Source of the DNA: a bacterium
GTDB taxonomy: Bacteria > UBA10199 > 2-02-FULL-50-16 > JAJFLM01
DNA: 64,000 nt
Direction: 5' to 3'
NCBI GenBank assembly: GCA_965216315.1
Contig: CBDCFN010000016.1
Coordinates: forward strand, 1,696,001-1,760,000
Shown here: piece by piece, positions 55,003 through 64,000 of the stretch
How positions within the stretch are numbered: the first letter of the stretch is position 1
How the letters are laid out: every line of letters begins with the position of its first letter
The notes under the pieces: generated by a model
The model's database searches: none
What the model was told of the DNA's origin: nothing
Seen by the model: only the letters and a program-made list of their open reading frames with translations
Made by a program: the position numbers and the translations under genes

Positions 55003-55491
55003 ATGGATAATCTCGCTGAGCGCCTCTCGCATGGAGGCCGAAAACGCATCTTGGTTGTTGATGACAATGAGATGCTGCTCAAGTTCTGGGACCGCTTGTT
55101 GGGTGCCAAGCACCTCAACTATTCTCATTATCAAATCACCAAGAGTGCTGAAGAAGCCCTCCAACTGATGGGTACAACTAAATTCGATATTGCCATTATT
55201 GATATCGTGATGCCCAATATCGATGGTTTTGATTTTGTCCGCGAGGCGTGGACTCAAAACCCTGATATGCAACTTGTGTTCACAACCGCATATGAATGCG
55301 ACTTCCGTCATGTCTCTCTGAGTGCAACTGAAGATAACCGTCGTGACGTGCATGTCTTGTTAAAACCTTACCAAGACATCAGTAAGATTGAAGAATTTAT
55401 CGCGCGTTTGAGCGATGAAGATGCCTCACTCAATAATACGCCGCCCATTAAAAATGAAACCAATCTTCGTTTCCACTTGTGGCGACTTTAA
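55003..55491 (+). CDS. Single-domain response regulator (REC)
   Basis: ILVVDD, DIVMPNIDG, TTAY and LKP; start placed downstream of the sigma54 site. Confidence 0.88.
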   Translation: MDNLAERLSHGGRKRILVVDDNEMLLKFWDRLLGAKHLNYSHYQITKSAEEALQLMGTTKFDIAIIDIVMPNIDGFDFVREAWTQNPDMQLVFTTAYECDFRHVSLSATEDNRRDVHVLLKPYQDISKIEEFIARLSDEDASLNNTPPIKNETNLRFHLWRL

Positions 55492-55502
55492 TTCAGTAAA
55501 TT

Positions 55503-57701
55503 TCAGTTTGTTAGTAACGTCAGGTGAGCGTAACGAACAAGGAGCTTCTTCACGCGTCCACTTTGGAAAGATACGGTAACTTTCTGGTCTTCGCCCTTGC
55601 CTTCACAACGACGCACCATACCCACTCCAAACTGAGGGTGTTGAACATGGGCCCCCTCGCGAAAGGGCGAAGCCTCACTATCATCAACCGGTCGCTGATC
55701 AAAGTCGCTAAACTCTGGATCGACAGGAAAATCATCATCAAACGAGTCGTGAGCAGATGCAACAAGCGGTGCCTCTATATTACCAGTGCGTTCAATTAAT
55801 TCAGCCGGCATCTCCTCCAAAAAACGTGAAGGCAGGTTCATTTGATCTCCCCCATACAGCCGCCGACGTACTGCCGAGGTCATATAGAGTTTTTGGCGTG
55901 CTCGCGTGACGCCCACATAACAAAGCCTCCGCTCCTCTTCCAATTCCTCGGTATCATCAATTGAACGTGAATGAGGAAAGAGATTTTCCTCCATCCCGGC
56001 CATGAAAACCACATCGTACTCCAGGCCCTTGGCAAGATGAAGCGTCATCAAGGGAACAACACCCAATTCAGGATCATAGGTATCGTTATTGCCCACCAGC
56101 ATCGCACGTTCTAAAAAAGTCGTCAGCGACGGCTCCTCTTCACTCCGTTCGAATTCAGCAACGACGTTCAGGAATTCATCGAGATTCTCAAGTCTTTCCT
56201 CCGCCTCCGTCGTCTGTTCTTTTTCGAGTGATTCACGATAGCCTGATTCATCTAATATGGCCTCGACAAGATTTCCCAAAGTCACTTCCTGCGCGAGCGT
56301 TTGAAACCGGCTCAACAACGAACCCAATACTTTCATCTTGGCCTGCATGGCACTCGGAATCTCTACAAAGCCGCCACATTCCTGGGCTATCTGCACAGCG
56401 GTCTTTTCATATTTCTCTGCCGCAATCATGATGTATTCATAGGCCTTAGCCCCCAGCCCGCGCGCCGGTGTATTAAAAATCCGCTTAAAGGCAACATCAT
56501 CGGCCGGGTTGACCAACAGCCGCATATAAGCCAATACGTCTTTGATCTCCTTGCGAGCATAAAAACTGACCCCGCCATAAATCACATACGGTATCTGACG
56601 TTTACGCAATTCATCCTCAAAAAGGCGTGACTGTGCATTCGTCCGATAAAAAATGGACATTTCAGCATAGGATCGCCCTGATTGGCATTCTTGGCCGATC
56701 GTTTCGGCCACATAGGCGGCTTCCGCACGATCATCCGCCGCTAGATACCATGTGGCATCATCACCTGCAGCACTTTCAGTCCATAAGCGTTTTTCTTTCC
56801 GACCAGAATTGTTGGCAATCACGTTAGACGCTATCTCAAGAATCTTAGCAGTCGATCGATAATTTTGTTCTAACTTGATAACTTTGGCTCCCGGATAGTC
56901 ATCTTCAAAACGCAAAATATTTTCAATATCGGCACCACGCCAGCGATAAATGGACTGATCATCATCACCGACCACACATAGATTGCCATGCTTCTCCGCT
57001 AAGAGACGTACCCAATGATATTGGGCCGCATTCGTATCTTGATACTCATCAATTAAAATATATTGAAAAAATTGCTGATAATATTGAAGAACAGTCGGAT
57101 TGTTCCGGAGCATAAAAACACACTCCATCAAGAGATCTCCAAAATCGAGGGCCTGATTCTCACGCAGTTTGCGCTGATAAAGCTTGTAGAGCTCCGCAAC
57201 CTGCGTTTCATAAAATGTCTCCGCCTGTTCTGCATAATCATCCGGAGTCTTTAGATAATTCTTAGCTCCTTGAATACGCGACAATACAGCCGTTGGATTA
57301 AATGTCTTTGTATCCAGCTTCAACTCGGCAAGACATTGCTTCAGGAGAGTCTTCTGATCATCAGCATCGTAGATCGCGAAATCGCGGATGAGTCCCAAAC
57401 GATCATAATTGGCTCTCAACATCCGTACACACGAAGAATGAAAAGTGGAAACCCACATTCGCCTGACAGAATCCGGAACCAATGTCTGAATCCGCAGCTT
57501 CATCTCTTCAGCGGCCTTATTTGTGAACGTAACGGCCAGAATATTGTCGGAAGGAATGCCAACCTCTGTAATCAAACGCGCAATACGATGGACAATAACG
57601 CGGGTTTTTCCCGACCCGGCCCCTGCGAGCACTAACAAGGGACCCTCGGTAGTCTCAACGGCTTCTTGCTGTTGGGGATTAAGGTTCACCTGTTTATTCA
57701 A
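55503..57701 (-). CDS. pcrA: UvrD/PcrA ATP-dependent DNA helicase
   Basis: AGAGSGKT, DEYQD, VGDDDQSIY, QNYRS, EERRLCYVGVTRA; C-terminal Tudor-like domain. Confidence 0.95.
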   Translation of the reverse strand: MNKQVNLNPQQQEAVETTEGPLLVLAGAGSGKTRVIVHRIARLITEVGIPSDNILAVTFTNKAAEEMKLRIQTLVPDSVRRMWVSTFHSSCVRMLRANYDRLGLIRDFAIYDADDQKTLLKQCLAELKLDTKTFNPTAVLSRIQGAKNYLKTPDDYAEQAETFYETQVAELYKLYQRKLRENQALDFGDLLMECVFMLRNNPTVLQYYQQFFQYILIDEYQDTNAAQYHWVRLLAEKHGNLCVVGDDDQSIYRWRGADIENILRFEDDYPGAKVIKLEQNYRSTAKILEIASNVIANNSGRKEKRLWTESAAGDDATWYLAADDRAEAAYVAETIGQECQSGRSYAEMSIFYRTNAQSRLFEDELRKRQIPYVIYGGVSFYARKEIKDVLAYMRLLVNPADDVAFKRIFNTPARGLGAKAYEYIMIAAEKYEKTAVQIAQECGGFVEIPSAMQAKMKVLGSLLSRFQTLAQEVTLGNLVEAILDESGYRESLEKEQTTEAEERLENLDEFLNVVAEFERSEEEPSLTTFLERAMLVGNNDTYDPELGVVPLMTLHLAKGLEYDVVFMAGMEENLFPHSRSIDDTEELEEERRLCYVGVTRARQKLYMTSAVRRRLYGGDQMNLPSRFLEEMPAELIERTGNIEAPLVASAHDSFDDDFPVDPEFSDFDQRPVDDSEASPFREGAHVQHPQFGVGMVRRCEGKGEDQKVTVSFQSGRVKKLLVRYAHLTLLTN

Positions 57702-59532
57702 CAGTTACACTTTTAGCGAGATTACGTGGTTGATCAACGTCCGTTCCCTTGTGATCAGCTATATGATAGGCCAGCAGTTGGAGTGGAACGACTTCGACGA
57801 CAGGCTGAAGAAACCAAGGAACTCTAGGGACAAACAAAGTATAATCCGATCGTTCAGGAACTACTTTGTCACCACGATTAGCAACAGTAATTACTTCGGC
57901 TCCGCGCGCCCTCACCTCTTCGATATTTCCCAGCACTTTTTCATAAGTCACATCATCACGTGGCGCCAAAACAAGTACGGGCATCCCTCGGTCGATCAAG
58001 GCGATCGGACCGTGCTTCATTTCGCCGGCAGAATAACCTTCGGCATGAATATAAGAGATTTCCTTTAGTTTCAATGCCCCTTCCAAAGCAATCGGATAAT
58101 GGACGCCACGCGCGAAATAGAGAAAACTGGCCGCACCCGTGTAACGGCGCGATAAGGCATCTATTTGATCATCAAGGGCAAGTACCTGACGAATTTTATC
58201 CGGCAATCGGGTCAGGCCTTGAACGGCCTGAGCGAGCTCTTCTTTATTCATATGACCGCGACGACCGGCCCACTCCAGCGAGAGCAGAATGAGCAGCACC
58301 AATTGCGTTACAAAAGCTTTCGTTGAGGCAACACCGATTTCAGGACCTGCCTGTGTATAAAGCGTCACATCAGAAGCACGTGGTATACTGGAATCAATAA
58401 CATTACAAATCGACAGTATCTTTGCTCCCTGCTCGCGAGCATTCTGCATGGCCGCTAAAGTATCCGCCGTCTCCCCTGATTGAGAAACCGCAATAATAAG
58501 GGTCTTTTTATCTATAATAGGGTTTCGATACCGAAATTCAGAGGCCTGATTAACAGATACAGGCAATCGCGCCAGACTCTCCATCAGATACTTGCCAACC
58601 ATACCCGCATGATACGACGTGCCACAGCCAATAATATAAACTTTGTCGAAAGGAAATTTGTTGTCGGGCATTAAGGTTTCCATATCCTCTAAAATCACCT
58701 CTCGATGATCTTCCCCGAGTCGCCCGGCGAGAGTCTGCGCAATGGCTTCAGGCTGCTCATAAATTTCCTTCAACATGAAGTGGCGAAAACCACCCTTCTC
58801 CGCCATAGCCTGGTCCCAGCTAATATGACGTGAATTCCGACTTACCGACTCATTCTCAGCATCATAGAGTTCAAGCGCGTCACGTGTGAGCATCCCATAG
58901 TCACCATCTTCCAGGAAAATGACTTCTCGCGTGTAAGGAAGCAGCGCAGGGACATCGGACGCTAAATAATGAGAACCCGATCCGACCCCAACAACTAAAG
59001 GGGACCCACGACGTGCAATATAGAGATGATCAGGGTCCTGTTCGTTAAGCACCGCCAAGGCATAAGAGCCTTCGAGGTCACCAAGGGCTTTTTTAAAGGC
59101 ATCAAAAATCGTCGGACTCTTTTCGATGTAATGGTCAATCAAATGTGCAATAACTTCCGTATCGGTATCCGAATCAAAGCTATGTTTGCCTCCCTTGGAA
59201 AGCCGTTTGCGCAATTTATCATAGTTCTCAATGATTCCGTTATGGATCACCATCACTGATCCGACACAATGCGGATGTGCATTCCGCTCAGAGGGACCCC
59301 CATGCGTCGCCCAACGAGTATGTCCGATGCCAATGTTTCCTTTAGGAGCCGCACGAAAAACTTCTCTCTCTAAATTAATGAGTTTTCCTTCAGCGCGATG
59401 AATTTGGGGACCAGCCCCATTGAGCACGGCAAGTCCCGCGGAATCATAGCCCCGATATTCCAAACGCCTGAGACCATCCAATAAAATCTCAGTGGCATTT
59501 TCGTTACCTATGTATCCAACTATCCCACACAT
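57694..59532 (-). CDS. glmS: Glutamine-fructose-6-phosphate aminotransferase
   Basis: MCGIVG, GHTRWATHG, PRNLAKSVTVE. Confidence 0.98.
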   Translation of the reverse strand: MCGIVGYIGNENATEILLDGLRRLEYRGYDSAGLAVLNGAGPQIHRAEGKLINLEREVFRAAPKGNIGIGHTRWATHGGPSERNAHPHCVGSVMVIHNGIIENYDKLRKRLSKGGKHSFDSDTDTEVIAHLIDHYIEKSPTIFDAFKKALGDLEGSYALAVLNEQDPDHLYIARRGSPLVVGVGSGSHYLASDVPALLPYTREVIFLEDGDYGMLTRDALELYDAENESVSRNSRHISWDQAMAEKGGFRHFMLKEIYEQPEAIAQTLAGRLGEDHREVILEDMETLMPDNKFPFDKVYIIGCGTSYHAGMVGKYLMESLARLPVSVNQASEFRYRNPIIDKKTLIIAVSQSGETADTLAAMQNAREQGAKILSICNVIDSSIPRASDVTLYTQAGPEIGVASTKAFVTQLVLLILLSLEWAGRRGHMNKEELAQAVQGLTRLPDKIRQVLALDDQIDALSRRYTGAASFLYFARGVHYPIALEGALKLKEISYIHAEGYSAGEMKHGPIALIDRGMPVLVLAPRDDVTYEKVLGNIEEVRARGAEVITVANRGDKVVPERSDYTLFVPRVPWFLQPVVEVVPLQLLAYHIADHKGTDVDQPRNLAKSVTVE

Positions 59533-59533
59533 A

Positions 59534-60949
59534 TTATTTTTTTCTCTTGTTCTTACGACTCTTTCTTTTCGCCCAACCTTTAATATTCTTTTGTTCCACG
59601 CGCGTCAATGCCAGTGAACCCGCAGGGACGTCTTTTGTAATGGTCGAGCCGGCACCAATCCATGAATCCGCTCCTAAAGTAACCGGAGCCACTAATTGCG
59701 TGTCACTGCCAATAAACGAGCGAGCACCAATCTTCGTCTCAAATTTATTCACCCCGTCATAATTGCATGTAATCGTCCCTGCTCCGATGTTGCTTAACTC
59801 GCCAATTTTTGAATTGCCCAGATAAGAAAGGTGATTCGCTTTGGCACCTTGGCCTAATTGTGTTTTTTTGAGCTCAACAAAATTCCCAACTCGCGCACCC
59901 TTCTCTAAATACGAATCCGGACGTAGATGCGCAAAGGGGCCAACCTGCGCGCCCGCATCAAGCTTACTCTTTTCGAGCACACTATAGGGTTTAATATGTA
60001 CGTCCTGACCAATACGAGAATCAGTGATTACACAGCCCGCATCAATACGAGTGCCCTGTTTCACCTGAGTGTGCCCTTTTAATGAACAGCCGGGGCCAAT
60101 AACAACATCAGGGGCAAGACGAACAGAGCGGTCAATATAAGTCGTCTCGGGATCCTGCAAACTGACTCCTTTTTCCATCCAGGCCCGATTGATGCGGTCG
60201 CGGATGACGCGGTTGGCGGCCGCTAACTCAGCGCGGTTATTAATCCCCATCACTTCTTTGGAATCTGCAACGCAATAGCTCCCTACACTCCCACCTGACT
60301 TCACGGCACGATCAACTAAATCAGTCAAATAATATTCACCCTTGCGTTGATTTTTCTTAATTTTGGGCAATTCTCTAAAGAGAAGTGGTTTGTTAACCAA
60401 GTACAAGCCTGTATTGATTTCTTTGATCTTGCGCTGTTCAGCATTCGCATCTATTTGTTCGACGACGGATTGGATAAGCCCTTGACCATTTCTAACAATG
60501 CGCCCGTAGCCTTTCGGCTCTTGAAATTCTGCCGTCATAACCGTCAGGCTATTGCCTTGACTACGATGCTGTTTTAAAAAAGCCTTGAGCGTCTGGGCCG
60601 TAATTAAGGGAACATCCCCATAGAGAATTAACACATCACCAGAAAAACTTTTGAGTGCCCCCAAGGCCGCTTTGACCGCATCAGCCGTCCCACGCTGTTG
60701 CGTTTGTTTAACACAACGTAACTGACGATGCCCATTGCCACGTCCATACGCAGCCGTTAAAACTCCCTGAACGGTCTCCATATCGTGACCCAAGACCACC
60801 ACTAAACGCTCGGCACCCAGACTCTTCGCAACACTCAGCGGATAAAGAAGCATGGGGTCGCCTTGAACCGGATGGAGCACTTTCGGCAACGCCGAGCGCA
60901 TACGTGTCCCCTTACCGGCGGCCAAAATTATTGTCGCTAATCCTGCCAT
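59534..60949 (-). CDS. glmU: Bifunctional UDP-GlcNAc pyrophosphorylase / GlcN-1-P acetyltransferase
   Basis: LAAGKGTRM, GEYYLTD, hexapeptide repeats, TITCNYDG. Confidence 0.98.
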   Translation of the reverse strand: MAGLATIILAAGKGTRMRSALPKVLHPVQGDPMLLYPLSVAKSLGAERLVVVLGHDMETVQGVLTAAYGRGNGHRQLRCVKQTQQRGTADAVKAALGALKSFSGDVLILYGDVPLITAQTLKAFLKQHRSQGNSLTVMTAEFQEPKGYGRIVRNGQGLIQSVVEQIDANAEQRKIKEINTGLYLVNKPLLFRELPKIKKNQRKGEYYLTDLVDRAVKSGGSVGSYCVADSKEVMGINNRAELAAANRVIRDRINRAWMEKGVSLQDPETTYIDRSVRLAPDVVIGPGCSLKGHTQVKQGTRIDAGCVITDSRIGQDVHIKPYSVLEKSKLDAGAQVGPFAHLRPDSYLEKGARVGNFVELKKTQLGQGAKANHLSYLGNSKIGELSNIGAGTITCNYDGVNKFETKIGARSFIGSDTQLVAPVTLGADSWIGAGSTITKDVPAGSLALTRVEQKNIKGWAKRKSRKNKRKK

Positions 60950-61154
60950 TGAAACCTCGTTACCCCCCTTCCAGGAAAAAGCTATTCTTTCCCATGACTT
61001 TAGTGAAAGTCGGGTTCACCCCGTGCGAGCGAACGGTGCGCCTATATATAATGATGAACCGATATGTGGCAACCTTATATAAAGGGGGCCATTTCGTTGA
61101 ATAAATGACTAATATGGATGAAGCTTGTCTTTCACGGGAGCGGTTTGTTAAGGG

Positions 61155-61868
61155 ATGACTATGTGGATCCGAGCCATCTTATTGTTTTTCTTAGTAATTT
61201 CGACCTGCCTGCATGGCTGTTCACGCTTGGCCAAGCAGTTTCCTAGCTTTACGGTGCGGGAGGATGTCGTCGAAGACCAACTGAAGGCCGCCATGGAGGC
61301 CTATACGCTCGCGGACGCGGCCGGGACACGCGGAGAAAAAATGGGCTTTGCCAAAAAAGGCGTCACCTATGCGAAACAATGTGCCCAACTCGATCCAAAA
61401 CGGGCCGCCTGTTACTTCTATCAGGCCTTGAATACCGGACTGTATTACCAGGCGAAGATCTTTGGTTATCCTAAGGCGATGATCCGCATTGCAAAAGCGG
61501 CGCACAAGGTCAACGAACTCGACCCCCTCTACGAACAGGCCGGCGGCTACCGCATCCTTGGTAAACTCTACCTCGAAGCCCCAGCCTTCAATCTGGGCAG
61601 CAACGTGGTCCGAAAAGATCTGGATAAATCGCGCGCTTATTTGGAACAGGCGGTCAAGTCAGCCCCTGACTATCCGGAGAATCATCTATTTCTAGCCGAA
61701 ACACTAGTCGCCCAAGACGAATGGGATAAAGCCCGCAACCACCTGAACACTGCGGAAAAACAAATCGCATCCTCTGAATACACGGAAAAAGAACTTAATG
61801 ATTGGAACAAAATCATTCGTAAACTTAAGAAAACTTTTAAACGAAAAAGACACAAATTGGGGCCCTGA
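61155..61868 (+). CDS. TPR-repeat lipoprotein
   Basis: Lipobox LHGC; TPR-like helices. Confidence 0.75.
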   Translation: MTMWIRAILLFFLVISTCLHGCSRLAKQFPSFTVREDVVEDQLKAAMEAYTLADAAGTRGEKMGFAKKGVTYAKQCAQLDPKRAACYFYQALNTGLYYQAKIFGYPKAMIRIAKAAHKVNELDPLYEQAGGYRILGKLYLEAPAFNLGSNVVRKDLDKSRAYLEQAVKSAPDYPENHLFLAETLVAQDEWDKARNHLNTAEKQIASSEYTEKELNDWNKIIRKLKKTFKRKRHKLGP

Positions 61869-61870
61869 CT

Positions 61871-63247
61871 ATGTTTAAAAAACTTAATTCTATCTTGGTT
61901 ATTATAGGCTTCGTACTCACTGCCAATCATGCGGCGTGGGCCGAAGACATACGCGTCGTGAACATCCTCAAAGAACTGATTGAGGCCGATACAACCAACC
62001 CGCCAGGAAGTGAATTGCGTGGTGTCCTCGTCCTTGAAAAATGGCTCAAACAAATCCCCAATATTGAGCTTGAGCGGCTGGAGTCGGAACCCGGCCGTAC
62101 AAGTCTCATCGCCCGCATACATGGTAAGGGCGACCAGCCTGCCTTGATTCTTCTCGGCCACATTGATGTCGTCGCGGCTGATCCCAAGGAATGGAAACAT
62201 CCACCGTTTAAGGCCACCATTGCCGACAACTATGTTTGGGGGCGCGGGGCTATCGATATGAAGGGAATGCTGGCAATGCAAGTTGATGCCATGCTCAACC
62301 TGTCTGAACAAAAAAAATCTTTCAACGGTGACCTCATTCTCGTGGCAACTGCGGATGAAGAAACCGGCGGTGCAAAAGGAGCCGAATGGCTGCTTACAAA
62401 AAGGCCGGACCTGTTAAAAGCCGGCTGGGTGTTAAATGAAGGATCCATCGGGGTCCGCCGCGAAAATTTTGATATTTTTCCGATTCAGGTCGCTGAAAAA
62501 GGCGTCTGTTGGCTTCGGCTCACCAGTCAGGGGCGATCAGGTCATGGTTCGATGCCCGACAAAGATAATGCCGCACTCAAATTAATCACTGCTATGGATG
62601 TGATTGGGAACTATCGATTCCCACTACAAGCGACGCCTGTAACAAAAGAATTTCTGAGATCCATTAGCAGTCAATTTTCATTTCCGCAGTCGTTCGTTCT
62701 CAAAAATCTATTTCAACCGCTTATCGGACTTATTCTGCGGCCGCTGGCTCGTCCGCAAATTGCCAAAGATCGCGCCATTCACGCTATTTTAACCCATACC
62801 GCCGCACCGACACGACTCACCGCCGGCAATAAAGTCAATGTCATCCCCCACACGGCCGAAGGTTACGTTGACGCACGCATACTCCCCGGAACCACTCCCG
62901 TTGAATTCCGTAATTTCCTCCAAGGCTTGGTGGGCAATGAGGTCAAATTAGAAATTGTCACTTCGAGCCTGCCCAACGAAACTCAGTGGGATACGCCTTT
63001 TTACCGAGCTCTCGCACGCTCCCTAAAAAAACATTTTCCTGAGGCCGTCATCACACCCATCATGTCCGCAGGGGCGACCGACTCGCGTTTTTTTCGCGAT
63101 GCAGGGGTGCCCGCTTACGGTTTAATCCCGGCTTTGATCACTGAAGAAGATCTCGAAGGGCTCCACGGCAAAAATGAACGCATTCCCATTAAGGGACTGA
63201 AAACGGGTGTCAAAATTATAACTGAAGTTATTGATGAGGTCCTCTAA
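61871..63247 (+). CDS. M20/M25/M40-family metallopeptidase
   Basis: GHIDVV, GRGAIDMKG, DEETGG, GATDSR and HGKNE. Confidence 0.92.
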   Translation: MFKKLNSILVIIGFVLTANHAAWAEDIRVVNILKELIEADTTNPPGSELRGVLVLEKWLKQIPNIELERLESEPGRTSLIARIHGKGDQPALILLGHIDVVAADPKEWKHPPFKATIADNYVWGRGAIDMKGMLAMQVDAMLNLSEQKKSFNGDLILVATADEETGGAKGAEWLLTKRPDLLKAGWVLNEGSIGVRRENFDIFPIQVAEKGVCWLRLTSQGRSGHGSMPDKDNAALKLITAMDVIGNYRFPLQATPVTKEFLRSISSQFSFPQSFVLKNLFQPLIGLILRPLARPQIAKDRAIHAILTHTAAPTRLTAGNKVNVIPHTAEGYVDARILPGTTPVEFRNFLQGLVGNEVKLEIVTSSLPNETQWDTPFYRALARSLKKHFPEAVITPIMSAGATDSRFFRDAGVPAYGLIPALITEEDLEGLHGKNERIPIKGLKTGVKIITEVIDEVL

Positions 63248-63624
63248 TGGCTCGTTGCATTTATTGTCAGTGCCGATCAGGATTTATATCGCAAGTATGC
63301 CGTGATTGCCGCACTTTAACCCGCGCTTTCAAAACTCTTAATGAGAATTTTGGGTACCGTGAGTTGCTTGATAAACTTTTGGATACCGGTGTCGATCCAG
63401 ACAAAATAGAAAAGTTTCTCGACACGGATACCGAAGGAACCGGCAGTATCAGTCAACGGATCACCGCTCGGATGACCAATCAACTGATGGCAGATCTGGG
63501 CCAACCGACAAAAATGAGCGGTCAGGATGTAAAAGAGGTTGAAAAGAGCATCGCAAACGGCGAAAGTTACCTGGATATGCCGGATGTGGTCGCGCATCCC
63601 AAAAGCGAACCAGAGGAAGAATAG
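63247..63624 (+). CDS. Hypothetical protein with N-terminal CxxC…CxxC
   Basis: Translationally coupled (TAATG) to the peptidase gene. Confidence 0.7.
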   Translation: MARCIYCQCRSGFISQVCRDCRTLTRAFKTLNENFGYRELLDKLLDTGVDPDKIEKFLDTDTEGTGSISQRITARMTNQLMADLGQPTKMSGQDVKEVEKSIANGESYLDMPDVVAHPKSEPEEE

Positions 63625-63626
63625 TA

Positions 63627-64000
63627 ATGCCATTGGCCCCGATCAAAGCGAAGCTGTTTCGCCGCCTTCTTGAGGTTGGATCGGACGATAATATCCGCAA
63701 GAGCCTTGAAAAGCTCCACCCTGCTGACATTGCCCCCTTCTTTTCAGAACTAGCCCCTGGCGACCGGTCCCGACTGCTCAAAATACTCTTCTCGATGAAA
63801 AAGGCCGCCAAGGTGCTTCGCGAGATGCCTGAATTTTTTCTTTCGGAGATACTCTCAGAGATCGACGACAAGCAGGTGGCCACGACCTTAATCAATCTCG
63901 AACCCGATGATGCCCTCTATTTCCTGGAGAGTCTTAGCTCCGAACGGCAGGAAACCGTCCTGACCCTCGTTCCCACATCAACCCGTAATTTGCTCGAGCA
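63627..64000 (+). CDS. mgtE: Magnesium transporter MgtE, N-terminal part (runs off the window)
   Basis: Own translation gives MPLAPIKAKLFRRLL…LHPADIA…LEPDDA, the MgtE N-domain signature. Confidence 0.85.
   Translation, partial: MPLAPIKAKLFRRLLEVGSDDNIRKSLEKLHPADIAPFFSELAPGDRSRLLKILFSMKKAAKVLREMPEFFLSEILSEIDDKQVATTLINLEPDDALYFLESLSSERQETVLTLVPTSTRNLLE

Noticed and set aside
59520..61150. glmS ribozyme or other riboswitch
   Set aside because: glmU and glmS are 1 nt apart, and the glmU leader shows no ribozyme core I can recognise; an Rfam scan would be decisive
63600..63630. M-box riboswitch before mgtE
   Set aside because: Only a 2-nt gap to the upstream gene

Overview
A 64-kb bacterial chromosomal segment from a deltaproteobacteria-like lineage (inferred from the rRNA and gene repertoire; not resolved further). 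It holds one complete minus-strand rRNA operon (16S, tRNA-Ile, tRNA-Ala, 23S, 5S). Housekeeping genes include glmU-glmS-pcrA/uvrD, a TetR(FadR-like)-etfB-etfA block, a FadF-like Fe-S oxidoreductase, TolC/MlaC, an M20 peptidase and a partial mgtE. Between these sit many lineage-specific secreted, lipoprotein or Cys-rich surface-protein genes. The most notable signals are: (1) a recurring CAAC-N15-nCGATA sigma28-like promoter in front of orphan secreted-protein genes, three of them apparently leaderless; (2) an identical C-terminal [13 protein letters not shown] tag on two large beta-helix surface proteins, and an ORF with an internal Cys-CTERM-like signal followed directly by a second lipoprotein signal peptide (possible polyprotein); (3) a 12-kb cluster of giant Cys-rich envelope proteins next to a pilin lacking the G(-1) cleavage residue; (4) a structured repeat element after both spacer tRNAs, with a 69/73-identical third copy downstream of etfA. 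No CRISPR array, transposase or prophage was recognised. Protein family calls come from motif recognition by eye, not database searches.
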